A stretch of 64,000 nt of DNA from contig NZ_JBDVKP010000003.1 in assembly GCF_039960695.1 (NCBI RefSeq), forward strand, positions 6,010 through 70,009, given 5' to 3'. This document shows positions 31,901 to 41,488 of this stretch, piece by piece. Position numbers and translations under genes: made by a program. Source of the stretch: Ekhidna sp. Its GTDB lineage: Bacteria; Bacteroidota; Bacteroidia; Cytophagales; Cyclobacteriaceae. Positions within the stretch are counted from its first letter, which is position 1. Every line of letters starts with the position of its first letter. Under the pieces are notes generated by a model, which ran no database searches, was not told where the DNA came from, and saw only the letters and a list, made by a program, of their open reading frames with translations.

Positions 31901-32512
31901 ATGGAAGCGTTTAACATAGCGATCAAAGCAATTTTCATTGATAACATGATCTTTGCATACTTCTTAGGTATGTGCTCTTTTTTGGCCGTATCAAAGAAAG
32001 TAAAAACAGCTTTTGGGCTAGGAATGGCTGTAATCTTTGTTCTAACTATTACAGTACCTATCAACTGGTTGATTCAGGAAAATGTATTGAAAGAGGGAGC
32101 TCTTTCATGGATGGGAGCTGATTTTGCAAGTATTGATCTTACATTCTTGCAATTCATCATTTTTATTGCTGTGATTGCAGCAATGGTACAATTAGTAGAA
32201 ATGATCATTGAGAAATTTTCCCCATCTCTTTATGGATCTTTAGGTATTTTCTTACCATTAATAGCTGTGAACTGTTCCATCTTAGGTTCATCTCTTTTTA
32301 TGGTTCAAAGAGATTATACAATTGTAGAAGCCACCGCTTTTGGATTTGGATCAGGTACAGGCTTCTTTTTGGCGATCATTGCGCTAGCAGCGATCAGGGA
32401 GCGATTGAAATATTCACATGTACCAGATGGATTGAAAGGGTTGGGTATTACTATGCTGATCACTGGCTTAATGGGCCTTGCCTTCAAATCCTTCATAGGA
32501 GTTGCGCTATAA
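31901..32512 (+). CDS. nqrE: Na+-NQR subunit E
   Basis: It is an RnfA/NqrE-type 6-TM protein ([22 protein letters not shown]). Confidence 0.88.
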   Translation: MEAFNIAIKAIFIDNMIFAYFLGMCSFLAVSKKVKTAFGLGMAVIFVLTITVPINWLIQENVLKEGALSWMGADFASIDLTFLQFIIFIAVIAAMVQLVEMIIEKFSPSLYGSLGIFLPLIAVNCSILGSSLFMVQRDYTIVEATAFGFGSGTGFFLAIIALAAIRERLKYSHVPDGLKGLGITMLITGLMGLAFKSFIGVAL

Positions 32513-32533
32513 AAATTACAAAAATTTCATTAA

Positions 32534-32557
32534 AAGGGTGTCTAACACCCTTTTTTT
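32534..32557 (+). terminator. rho-independent terminator 1 after nqrE
   Basis: An 8-bp stem AAGGGTGT/ACACCCTT closes a 3-nt loop and runs into a T-run. Confidence 0.8.
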
Positions 32558-32570
32558 GTGTCTTTTCTTT

Positions 32571-32589
32571 AGGTGTATGACACCTTTTT
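32571..32589 (+). terminator. rho-independent terminator 2 (tandem)
   Basis: A 6-bp stem AGGTGT/ACACCT closes a 3-nt loop and runs into TTTTT. Confidence 0.55.
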
Positions 32590-32616
32590 ATTTACTAATA
32601 CAAAAACAAAAACATT

Positions 32617-33171
32617 ATGAAAAAGACTTTACTTACACTTTCTTTAGCACTAATCTCAGTTGTCGCTTTTAGCCAGGCTTCCGTTTCTTTAGGGATCAAA
32701 GCTGGTGCTAACTTTGCAAACACTAATATCTCCGGTTCAGAATCAATCACTTCTTTACACGCTGGTGCGTATGGCTTATTCAAGTTTGCTAGCTTGGGTG
32801 TACAACCAGAAGTATTGTTTTCTAAACAAGGCTCTAGCTTTACAGGAGGTAGCGAGGTAAACCTTGACTATGTAAATATTCCGGTAATGGTTAAATTTTA
32901 TCTTCCTGCAGGTTTGAACTTACAAGCTGGTCCACAGTTTGGAGTCCTGCTTAATGCTGAAGATGAAAATGGGACAGATCTTAAAGATGGACTTAAAAGT
33001 TCTGATCTTTCTGCAGCACTTGGTGCCGGATGGGATGCACCTTTTGGTTTACAGTTTTCAGCTAGATACGTATTTGGACTATCGGATATTAATGACGGTG
33101 TTGGATCAGAAGTGAAGAACAAAACTTTCCAACTTTCAATTGGCTACAGCCTATTCAAGTTAGGAAAATAA
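32617..33171 (+). CDS. small outer-membrane beta-barrel (porin-family / OmpA-like barrel) protein
   Basis: It has the signal peptide MKKTLLTLSLALISVVAFSQA, alternating beta-strand patterns, and a C-terminal ...SIGYSLFKLGK. Confidence 0.7.
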   Translation: MKKTLLTLSLALISVVAFSQASVSLGIKAGANFANTNISGSESITSLHAGAYGLFKFASLGVQPEVLFSKQGSSFTGGSEVNLDYVNIPVMVKFYLPAGLNLQAGPQFGVLLNAEDENGTDLKDGLKSSDLSAALGAGWDAPFGLQFSARYVFGLSDINDGVGSEVKNKTFQLSIGYSLFKLGK

Positions 33172-33197
33172 GAATTACAAAAGACTATCGAAGAGAG

Positions 33198-33224
33198 CCG
33201 GAGCAGTTTGCTTCGGTTTTTTTT
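33198..33224 (+). terminator. rho-independent terminator after the OM barrel gene
   Basis: A 7-bp stem CCGGAGC/GCTTCGG (one G-U pair) is followed by a T8 run. Confidence 0.7.
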
Positions 33225-33382
33225 GTGTGGTTGGAGTCATATCTGAATCAAAAGACTCAGATTTAATATTGGATAAGATGAGAAGTATCGCAAGAGCAAT
33301 ACCACCGAGGATAATCAATATCTGCTTTCGGTTGTTCATCGTTAGGTTTTGTACATAAAAACCGACCAGCAAAATACCCTTA

Positions 33383-34102
33383 TTACCTGTCGTTTAAAGT
33401 CCAATCGTATTCTTGAAATTGAAGATTGTATTGCTCTGGTACCTTATAGAATCGATACCTATTGACATACTTAATCAATGAGCCTGCATTGGAAATGAAT
33501 TGATCACTGTACCAATCAAAAATTTTGTTTAAAACTACAGTCTTCTTTTTTTCATCAACGAAAACGTAGTTTGGCCTGTCAATGATCAGTTCGGCACGGA
33601 ACTGTAATTGTTCTTGCAGCTTATCGGGATAAAAGGCATTATCGTAGAGAAAGGGACAGCTTCTGGCACCACAGCCAAGCGCAAAATGGATGCGTGGATC
33701 TTTTGTAGGCCCAATAAGCTTTGTGAATTCAATTCCGTCTAGTGTGAGCATTTCACCCGCAACATTGAATGTCTTTACTTTAAAAAATCCCTTTATGTCC
33801 ATAGGGCTATTCACCGGATAATTATCCGCAACTTGTTTGATTACCAGAATGTTGTAAGCATTGATATAAAATGCAGTCTGGTGATCTTGGGAATAAAGAC
33901 CGGGATTATATGTTCCAATGAGACTTATCAGCCTATCCAATTTTTCAGGATTCTGTTTTAGTTTTTCATAGTCTACTAAACCGAAAACTACCTCTTCTAA
34001 CAGGAAACTATTGAATTCTTTAAATATGGCTGTTGAATCATTTGTTTGTCCAAACAAGGATGCTGAAAATGTAACGCTTAAAATCAGTGCAATTATTCTC
34101 AT
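33383..34102 (-). CDS. DUF547 domain-containing secreted protein
   Basis: It has a signal peptide plus the motifs AFYINAYN and HFALGCGARSCPFL. Confidence 0.7.
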   Translation of the reverse strand: MRIIALILSVTFSASLFGQTNDSTAIFKEFNSFLLEEVVFGLVDYEKLKQNPEKLDRLISLIGTYNPGLYSQDHQTAFYINAYNILVIKQVADNYPVNSPMDIKGFFKVKTFNVAGEMLTLDGIEFTKLIGPTKDPRIHFALGCGARSCPFLYDNAFYPDKLQEQLQFRAELIIDRPNYVFVDEKKKTVVLNKIFDWYSDQFISNAGSLIKYVNRYRFYKVPEQYNLQFQEYDWTLNDR

Positions 34103-34206
34103 AGCCTACGGTGTTTTCTGGTATAAAAACGGTTTAAGGAAAATTAGTTAGACTCCTTTCATATTTTTCGTATGAAATGTATTCAGTAAGACATCCAATT
34201 TGATGT

Positions 34207-34839
34207 CTAATTAAAAAGCGGACCGAATACTTCTACAAAGGGATCTTTATTTACAACAGTATAGTAGAAAACAGCCCCTAACCATCCGTGAAAAATTCCT
34301 AGCACGTAAAGATTTCGATGCTTTAAAAAGATATAAGTGTAGAAGAGAGAGAGAATAAATGTGCCGATTATTAACCAACCGTATGGATAATGTAAAAGTC
34401 CGAAAAGGGCAGAGGTAGTAAGGATTATTACTTCATTGCTATATTTTTTTTGTGCTTGCATATTTCCAGCGACTAAAGACATTAACAGAAACTGTTGCAG
34501 GGTACCGAATATCGGGTAGGCCAGTAAAATAGGTATGATGTGCCAGTGGGGATTTATAGTATCTCTGAAAAAGCCAATAATAAAACATGCCAATATGGCC
34601 AAAATGCCAAAAGGGAGCACCTTCTTTAGGACTATTTGGAAGTTGTCTCTACGAAAGCCCCATTCTCTCAAAACATCAGGAGATTTCCTGATTCGCCAAA
34701 AAACATAAGACCCCCAGAAAGTAAACATGAGCAAGATGAAGACCAGTCGTTGATCGAGGATATCATAAAAAAGGAACTTCCCTAAAGCCGTGATGATCAC
34801 AGCTATTGTTTCAACTTTTTGAAAGTTAATTGAGCTCAT
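34207..34839 (-). CDS. CPBP-family intramembrane glutamic endopeptidase (CAAX protease/Abi-like)
   Basis: It is polytopic, with the motifs ALFGLLHYP and GIFHGWLG. Confidence 0.65.
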   Translation of the reverse strand: MSSINFQKVETIAVIITALGKFLFYDILDQRLVFILLMFTFWGSYVFWRIRKSPDVLREWGFRRDNFQIVLKKVLPFGILAILACFIIGFFRDTINPHWHIIPILLAYPIFGTLQQFLLMSLVAGNMQAQKKYSNEVIILTTSALFGLLHYPYGWLIIGTFILSLFYTYIFLKHRNLYVLGIFHGWLGAVFYYTVVNKDPFVEVFGPLFN

Positions 34840-34966
34840 ATTTAATGTTTAATCATTTAAGTACAAAAAAATCATTAATTAATGCAAAAAATAGTAATTT
34901 TTTGACGATATTTAAAGTAAGTAAGAGACTTCACCAGTTACCCCCTACCGCTAAACTCTTAAAGTT

Positions 34967-36286
34967 ATGAATAGTCGAATCACTTGGCTGACTAAAGCAA
35001 CTATCCGATCGGTATTTCTAGTTTTCACATTCCTGGCCTTTTCAGTTTTTATTTCATGTACTAGCGAAGAAGATCCACCTTTGCCAGATACGGACGATGA
35101 TGGCATTGTTGATGAAGATGATAATTGTCCGCTAGTAAGCAATCCTGATCAGCTAGATAGTGATGAAGATGGTATTGGCGATGCCTGTGAAAATGACGCT
35201 GACGGAGATGGTGTAGTCGATGATACTGACAACTGCCCGGATGTAGCTAATCCAGATCAGGAGGATACGGATGGAGATGGAATGGGTGATGCATGTGATC
35301 CGACAACCATATCACAGGATAAAGAACATATTCAGGCATCGATAGATGCCACGCTAGACTGCATATTGACCTTGGAAAACGGATTGGCGATAGAAACGCT
35401 ACTGACCGAATTCATGGGAATTTCAAATGGAGATACACTCAACCTTGAGTGGGTTAATGCACTGATCGATAGCTTAGCAGAAGCTGTGCCGATGACAGAA
35501 GAGGCTCGCTTTGATATTGATCTTTTTGAGGGCACATATACCTATAATCATGGTGAAGCTACCTGGACGCGAACAGAAGATCAGGAAGGAATGGTAATCA
35601 TTGAGTTTCCTTCTAGTCCGGACCAAACCACAAATAATGGAACTATTACATTGGGTAATTACTCAGATCAGGAAGTGACAATTGGCGAAAGTCCGATTTA
35701 CCTACCTAAAACTGTTAATGTTTCCTTGGTAGTGGATAACGAAGAAATAATTGCGGTGAATCTGGAGGGTGTTACCTATGCTTCGAATGCGGGATTTCAA
35801 ATACCTGTGGAGATCGATTTATTTGTTTACGTTAATCCATATTCACTTTCGATTGTGGTTGATCGAAGTTCTTCTACTGAATTTTCTCTAGACCTTGACT
35901 TTTCAGAGGATAGCGATTTGTGCTCCACTGGTATCCATGTAGACGCATCACTCGCAACAGATGATTTTGAAAACCTTACGCAACAAGACATCCTGAGTCT
36001 TACATTTTCATTTTATAGTAATGATCTCTCCATACAGTCATTGAATGGTATAGCTGAAGTTCTGCAAATCACTGACCCAACGATCAGTCAAATCAATGCC
36101 TTTGTGGATGTTGAGGTGCTTATCAGAGATTTAAAAGTGGCAGATCTCGTGCTGGAGGAGGGAGAGGGCGAGGAAGTGATAGTCGTTTTAAAATTTAAAG
36201 ATGGAACCACTGAAGATAGTGCCAATTATTATCAAGAATTTATTGAGGAATTAGAGGCGTTATTTACTTCCTATTTTGGAAGCTAA
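34967..36286 (+). CDS. lipoprotein with thrombospondin type-3 (Ca-binding) repeats
   Basis: A lipobox-like FISC is followed by DTDDDGIVDEDDNCPLVSNPDQLDSDEDGIGDAC and DGDGVVDDTDNCPDVANPDQEDTDGDGMGDAC. The C-terminal ~320 aa are unassigned. Confidence 0.75.
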   Translation: MNSRITWLTKATIRSVFLVFTFLAFSVFISCTSEEDPPLPDTDDDGIVDEDDNCPLVSNPDQLDSDEDGIGDACENDADGDGVVDDTDNCPDVANPDQEDTDGDGMGDACDPTTISQDKEHIQASIDATLDCILTLENGLAIETLLTEFMGISNGDTLNLEWVNALIDSLAEAVPMTEEARFDIDLFEGTYTYNHGEATWTRTEDQEGMVIIEFPSSPDQTTNNGTITLGNYSDQEVTIGESPIYLPKTVNVSLVVDNEEIIAVNLEGVTYASNAGFQIPVEIDLFVYVNPYSLSIVVDRSSSTEFSLDLDFSEDSDLCSTGIHVDASLATDDFENLTQQDILSLTFSFYSNDLSIQSLNGIAEVLQITDPTISQINAFVDVEVLIRDLKVADLVLEEGEGEEVIVVLKFKDGTTEDSANYYQEFIEELEALFTSYFGS

Positions 36287-36349
36287 CCCTCACTAAATGA
36301 CCTGTGGATGAAGTCAAAAAAACTAGCTAGATGGTTTATGGCTATTGGC

Positions 36350-36904
36350 TCATTTTGACCTGCTAAATTTTCTACGCATCCAAACTAAAAATATAGTCAC
36401 AATAATAGCCATAGTCACGGCTATACCATTAAACAATATGTCTTGCGGATCAAATACCCGATTAGGTAAAATTATTTGAATTGATTCATCCAGGACGCCA
36501 ATCAGAAATGCAATAACCCAAGCGAACAAAGCGGGCATGCGAATTCGATTTGCTTGTCGCGCTCTTTCGATAAGGGCTTTGTGAATAATTATGGTCAGCA
36601 CACTGTATTCTATTAAGTGACTCCTCTCAGGAGCGCCCAATCGGAAAATAAACATGACATAAACTGCGATTATACCTAGCAGGATTGATAATTCAATCTT
36701 GCTAGGTTTTGACTTCCATGCATGAATTAGGACCGCAATTGCAATCAGCAGCATGCCAAGCATGAAGAAAATAGCTTGTACATTTTGATTCCTCAGTTGA
36801 CTTGCGAGTGGCCGACCAATGAAAAGCGTAGATATGATGGCAGCAAATACAGCAAGAGCCCAGAGCCAAAGTCGTTTTTCTTTTGTGGATGTGAAAAGAG
36901 TCAT
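36350..36904 (-). CDS. VanZ-like family membrane protein
   Basis: It is a small protein of about 5 TM. The family call rests on overall pattern only. Confidence 0.45.
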   Translation of the reverse strand: MTLFTSTKEKRLWLWALAVFAAIISTLFIGRPLASQLRNQNVQAIFFMLGMLLIAIAVLIHAWKSKPSKIELSILLGIIAVYVMFIFRLGAPERSHLIEYSVLTIIIHKALIERARQANRIRMPALFAWVIAFLIGVLDESIQIILPNRVFDPQDILFNGIAVTMAIIVTIFLVWMRRKFSRSK

Positions 36905-36981
36905 GAGAATGAAAGTCGCGTAAAAGAGAATTAAATAAAATAGACCATTTGAATTGATCTAGCATAACTGCAGTCATGAGT

Positions 36982-38634
36982 TTAAAATTGAACCTGATTG
37001 ATTAGTGTTACTGTAAAGAGCGTGAGCAAAAACCAGCCAATAAAGCCTTGAATGATGCATGCGTATTTAGCCAAGCCAGTAGTAGGAATTCTGCCGAAAC
37101 CGAGTGTTACAAATGCATTTAAACTCAGAATCAATCCATTGATAAAGCTTACAATTATACCGGTTGAAAGCTTTAGGAATGGCTTGAAATACCTACCATC
37201 TTTATGTACAAGCTCTTTATAGTGTTCGATCATGGTGCGCTTACTTTCTTTGTCCCATTCCGATGGGAAGAAAAAATAGAAGATGCCAAATAAGACAATA
37301 ATGTAGATAGAAATAGAAATTGCTTTGGCAGGGTTCGTTCCATGATCGGTATAAAACCCCATCAATTTATTGAGCTGCCATCTGAAAAATGAATTGAAGT
37401 TTGAATACTGATCAAAATCCATTTTTAGAAACCTTTCCTCTATTTTTTGAAGTTCATCATAGATAGAATTAGCTGATCGAATGTTTCCGTTATGCTTCTG
37501 AATACTATACAATTGATAATAATTCCTTATTAATTGGTCATATGCTCGCTGGTTCAAGGGAGGCCTGATATCGATCTGTGGTTCAAAAAAACTTATAGGG
37601 TCTCCTAATCCTGTCTGAGTGTAAAAACTTTCCAGAGAATCCTGTGGAATGCCAATTGCTTCTGATTCATCTTCATTGAAATTTATATCTATTGTTTCTA
37701 AAAGTTTAAAATTGGAGAGATCACTCCATGTGATGGTATTTGAAGTTTCAGAAAACGACATGTCGCCAAAAGCAACGTACTGAATGTTGTTATCGATCAT
37801 TTGAAATTCTTTCCCAATACGCAGTAAACCAAAGTCCAGCAAGGATTCAAAGTGATTGTCCTGAATTGTCAGAATGTTAATATCGCCAGCAATCTCAACT
37901 GTTTGAAACTTGTCGTTGCTAATGAATCTATTTTCAATGATAGTTAGGCCATTTGCTAGCCCTTCGCTTGAAAAGCTGAGCTGATTTTTGTAGATGATCT
38001 GTTTGTTTGTCAGAGTATCAAAAAATTCTATACTTCCCGCGATAGGCATAAAAGTATTATTGGCGATATATAGAGATTGTCTGATTTCACTGGGAGCGAA
38101 TGATATATTTGAATGAAAGACGTTATTCTCTATGCCGCCCCTTGCAATTGAATTATTAAGAAATGTCACCTCATTGGAAAAAGTAGAGCCATCTATGATC
38201 AAGTTGTTTTTGTACCATAGTTGATCTCCACCAAGGGTGTTTCCGATGAATCCTGCAAACCCTTGAAAAGTACAGGAATTCAAGCTGAGAGTATAATTAA
38301 ACAAGTTGAATTCAAAAGAAGCAGCTCCTAAAATTACGTTCGTTAGATGAATGTTTTCGATGATGTTTGATTCAAAGTGTAAATACCCAATGAATATATT
38401 GTTCAGCTCAAGTGCTTGTATGGAGCAATCCTTGATATGGATCGTTTTAGGAATGGTGTCGTAATCAGCAAACAGTGTGGTTAGCTTGTCTCCAAGTGCG
38501 AAACCATTTAGGGTAAACTCATCATTTGATTTTTCATAGAGTTTTTGCAATTCTTCCAGCGATACTTCTTTGAGAGGCTGCGAAAAACAATCAAGAGAAA
38601 TAAATAGCAGGATGGATAAAATGAAAGATTTCAT
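36982..38634 (-). CDS. signal-peptide protein with a beta-helix/pentapeptide-like repeat domain fused to a C-terminal 2-TM pore-loop (K-channel-like) module
   Basis: I prefer the ATG at 38634 (MKSFILSILLFISLDCFSQ, a signal peptide) to the track start at 38775. The repeat body is rich in N, I and F. The C-terminus has TM-(FVTLGFGRIP)-TM, and TLGFG is encoded at 37093-37107. Confidence 0.6.
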   Translation of the reverse strand: MKSFILSILLFISLDCFSQPLKEVSLEELQKLYEKSNDEFTLNGFALGDKLTTLFADYDTIPKTIHIKDCSIQALELNNIFIGYLHFESNIIENIHLTNVILGAASFEFNLFNYTLSLNSCTFQGFAGFIGNTLGGDQLWYKNNLIIDGSTFSNEVTFLNNSIARGGIENNVFHSNISFAPSEIRQSLYIANNTFMPIAGSIEFFDTLTNKQIIYKNQLSFSSEGLANGLTIIENRFISNDKFQTVEIAGDINILTIQDNHFESLLDFGLLRIGKEFQMIDNNIQYVAFGDMSFSETSNTITWSDLSNFKLLETIDINFNEDESEAIGIPQDSLESFYTQTGLGDPISFFEPQIDIRPPLNQRAYDQLIRNYYQLYSIQKHNGNIRSANSIYDELQKIEERFLKMDFDQYSNFNSFFRWQLNKLMGFYTDHGTNPAKAISISIYIIVLFGIFYFFFPSEWDKESKRTMIEHYKELVHKDGRYFKPFLKLSTGIIVSFINGLILSLNAFVTLGFGRIPTTGLAKYACIIQGFIGWFLLTLFTVTLINQVQF

Positions 38635-38823
38635 TTGAGTGAGATTGGTAATGAAAGTTAACAGAATATTGGGAGTAAGTCTAGGAAGAAGTATTTGACA
38701 TCTTTTTATCTTCTCCATATACTCTTTGGGGAAGCCTTTCCACATAGCTAATTTATAAAGTGATCTAGCATACAATTCATTCGCTAGTAAGTAATTCAGA
38801 AGGCAACTTGCAGCAATTTGCTG

Positions 38824-39714
38824 CTATTTTACGGTAACAGCTTCCAAGGCTTTCACCCAATTTTCAACGGCCTTGTTACAGTTTTTATCTAGCAATTGAA
38901 TGATCTCTGAAATTTCGTAAACCGATTGCTCATTTTTTGGAAACATTTCTTCAAAAGTGGAAATGAAATCAGAACCGTAGCACTTATACAATGCATCAAC
39001 AAGAAAATAGAAATTACTATGATACCAAACATAATTTTCTACTCCCATCCCCATGTATACGTCATTAAAATCGGCTATTGTGGAATACTTGGGCTGATAA
39101 AAGTCTTTGTGTACCCGGTGAAAAAGCTCAAACTCTCTCAACGAAGATTCACTGTACTTCTTAAAAAAATTATAGGAGAAATAGGTTGCAATGAATTCGT
39201 TGGTCCAACGGTCAGGTGATTTTGCATTGGAAATTTGCGAAATGAAGTAATGTCCAAGTTCATGAATGGAGTAAACAACATAAAATGACTGGATCATTTG
39301 TGAAGGAGAAATTCCTGACTTTTTGAGATCCAGGTCAATTTGTTCGTAAATGTCAGCAAGTCCGTATACGTTCTTAAAATTATCGTAAGTCATTCCTGTA
39401 TTCATGAAAATCCATCCACTGCTATAAAACACATAACCAAAAGGAACTCTCTCACTTGGCCATTGGGCAGAATCTAATACAGCTAATTTTATATCGAATT
39501 GATCCAAACTTTCCTTCTCATAAAATCTTATTGCATCTGAAATTGTTTGCTGCAATTCAAGTGCTATAGTGTAGCTGCCGGGTGTATAAAATGTAGGCAC
39601 ATATCCATCAATCGTGTCAACTTTTAATTCGGCTATATATGAATCATAGAAGTTCTGTGAAAACGAACAAAATGGGACAAGAATAATTGCGACAGCTAGT
39701 GTGATCCATTTCAT
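38824..39714 (-). CDS. secreted putative zinc metallopeptidase (HExxH)
   Basis: It has the signal peptide MKWITLAVAIILVPFCSFSQ. The motif HELGH is followed 22 residues later by NEF, a gluzincin-like third ligand. Confidence 0.5.
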   Translation of the reverse strand: MKWITLAVAIILVPFCSFSQNFYDSYIAELKVDTIDGYVPTFYTPGSYTIALELQQTISDAIRFYEKESLDQFDIKLAVLDSAQWPSERVPFGYVFYSSGWIFMNTGMTYDNFKNVYGLADIYEQIDLDLKKSGISPSQMIQSFYVVYSIHELGHYFISQISNAKSPDRWTNEFIATYFSYNFFKKYSESSLREFELFHRVHKDFYQPKYSTIADFNDVYMGMGVENYVWYHSNFYFLVDALYKCYGSDFISTFEEMFPKNEQSVYEISEIIQLLDKNCNKAVENWVKALEAVTVK

Positions 39715-39861
39715 AATGCTTCATTTTATTGCATCGAGCACCCAGATCGGCGCTTGATTTTAATTTTTTTAGCAACTACTAAAATATCGGTTTTGCTTTT
39801 CACTTTCAAGTATCCCAGAAAAGGGCTGCAGGCTATATCGTTGTTAGCGAATGCTACTTAC

Positions 39862-40257
39862 TCACAGTTCTTCTACCAGTTGAATATTATTTCCACAGGT
39901 GTCATTGAAAACTGCAACTTTCACCGTTCCCATTTGAGTGGGTTTCATGCTGAATTCGACTCCCAATTCAATCAATCGGTCATGTTCATGTTGTACATCT
40001 TCAACGTCAAATTGTGTGTAAGGAAATCCAGCTTTCATTAATGCGTCTTGATAAACTTTGCAGGGCTCAAAGTGGTTTGGAGCTGGTTCTAATAATAATT
40101 CAGGCCCATCTTGCCATTCTGGTGAAACTAAAGTCAGCCATCGATTGCCACCTTCTAATGGAGTGTCGAGTTTCTTAATGAATCCTAACTTTTCAGTGTA
40201 GAATCTGAGTGCCTTTTCCTGATCCCGAACCGGGATACTTATAAGTGTTACCTTCAT
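39862..40257 (-). CDS. VOC (glyoxalase/bleomycin-resistance/dioxygenase) family protein
   Basis: It is 131 aa with the VOC pattern (MKVTLISIPVRDQEKALRFYTEKLGF...). Confidence 0.75.
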   Translation of the reverse strand: MKVTLISIPVRDQEKALRFYTEKLGFIKKLDTPLEGGNRWLTLVSPEWQDGPELLLEPAPNHFEPCKVYQDALMKAGFPYTQFDVEDVQHEHDRLIELGVEFSMKPTQMGTVKVAVFNDTCGNNIQLVEEL

Positions 40258-40288
40258 CTTGTTGATTCAAATTTGTCTATTTCAAAGA

Positions 40289-40693
40289 TCAGGAATCAGA
40301 AACTAAGTTGCTTCTCGAAAGTTGCTCTTTTTGAAATTGAACTGGTGTTTTTCCGGTTTTAGTTTTGAAAAGAACACTGAACGATCCCAGACTTGCAAAT
40401 CCAACGGCATAGCAAGTTTCTGTGACTGTCATTTTGTTTACCAAGTGATCTTTAGATTTTTCAATTCGTTTATCTATCAAATATTGTCTTGGTGTGAGGC
40501 CATAGTACTTTTTAAACAAGCGCAAGAGGTGATACTTAGAAATAAACTGAATTTGCGACAGTAAGTTGAGGTTCAAATCGATTTCATAATTGCAGTCGAT
40601 GTATTTGCGGATTGCAATTACAGCGTCGATTTGTACTTGATTTTTGTAAAGAACTTCGTGTAGCTTTTTAAGCTTTCTTTCGTAGAATGTCAT
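40289..40693 (-). CDS. AraC-family transcriptional regulator (short, HTH domain only)
   Basis: The AraC HTH is visible in ISKYHLLRLFKKYYGLTPRQYLIDKRIEKSK...AVGFASLGSFSVLFK. I prefer the ATG at 40693 to the TTG at 40723. Confidence 0.75.
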   Translation of the reverse strand: MTFYERKLKKLHEVLYKNQVQIDAVIAIRKYIDCNYEIDLNLNLLSQIQFISKYHLLRLFKKYYGLTPRQYLIDKRIEKSKDHLVNKMTVTETCYAVGFASLGSFSVLFKTKTGKTPVQFQKEQLSRSNLVSDS

Positions 40694-40964
40694 TTTAGTG
40701 GAGGTATTCCTGCGAACGTCCAAACATCATCCGTAAGCCAGACTTTTCTAATATCTATAAAAATATCTCATTGTATCAGCCTTTGCAAATGGCTCTGTTG
40801 GTGAGGCGGCTAGGTTTATCGATCATGGTGATTGTTCAGGATTTTTAGTGTCTTTACCTTATCACTAATCAAATATGACAGGGTACTTAATTTAATAGCT
40901 CAGAAGAGTTCTGGCATCATCTGACAAAAAATGTCTCAAACTGTATTGGAAAAAAGCCAAAAAA

Positions 40965-40993
40965 AACCCTCACCTGATTGTCAAGTGAGGGTT
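40965..40993 (-). terminator. rho-independent terminator of gene 41015-41389
   Basis: A 9-bp stem AACCCTCAC/GTGAGGGTT is followed on the minus strand by a T-run, which is the complement of the A-run that ends at 40966. Confidence 0.7.
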
Positions 40994-41014
40994 TCAAAGA
41001 ATGTTTTCAATGGA

Positions 41015-41389
41015 CTAATTGCTTGCTATTTCAGAATTTTCTGCCACTTCTGGCTTATGCAGACTAACTACAGTCAATACTGCAGCACCATTTAACCAAT
41101 AGTAGTTTGCGTCTAAACCTTCAAATGAAAATATGAAAGGTGCCAACACAAACACGATGCCTACAAGACCATCTACAATAAGATGTCCTTTGTAAGGAAT
41201 TATTTTATATACTCCTAACCTATGGTCGGTTAATAGTGTAAGTATAAAAGCTGCAATTCCTGTCACTACCGATAGTATCAAAGCAAAGGAGTTAGAAGTC
41301 CCCAACCCTAAAAGGAAGGGTAAAGCCATAAGTGCTACAGCTACCGGATAATCCAAATAAGCGTGTATATTTTTTGTTATGAATCTCAT
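41015..41389 (-). CDS. small 4-TM membrane protein of unknown function
   Basis: It is a hydrophobic 124-aa ORF with its own terminator. Confidence 0.55.
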   Translation of the reverse strand: MRFITKNIHAYLDYPVAVALMALPFLLGLGTSNSFALILSVVTGIAAFILTLLTDHRLGVYKIIPYKGHLIVDGLVGIVFVLAPFIFSFEGLDANYYWLNGAAVLTVVSLHKPEVAENSEIASN

Positions 41390-41488
41390 AGTTTTTGATT
41401 TGTTTTATCAATAAAATCGATAAGGCAAAAGTGGGTTAACTCTAAATCAATAAATATGAAGTAGTTCAAGAAATAAGGTTGATGTAGA

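Noticed and set aside
33175-33372. A 65-aa (or 54-aa from MNNRK) minus-strand ORF with one TM segment, downstream of the DUF547 gene.
   Set aside because: Its 3' third is the plus-strand terminator hairpin and T-run of the OM barrel gene. I see no supporting motif, so I left it uncalled. It could still be a real small membrane protein.
36702-36977. A 91-aa ORF overlapping the 5' end of the VanZ-like gene.
   Set aside because: It is out of frame and overlaps a better hydrophobic ORF. It is Cys/His-rich with improbable composition.
38635-38775. A 47-aa N-terminal extension of the repeat/pore-loop protein.
   Set aside because: The internal ATG at 38634 starts a textbook signal peptide, and the extension has no such features.
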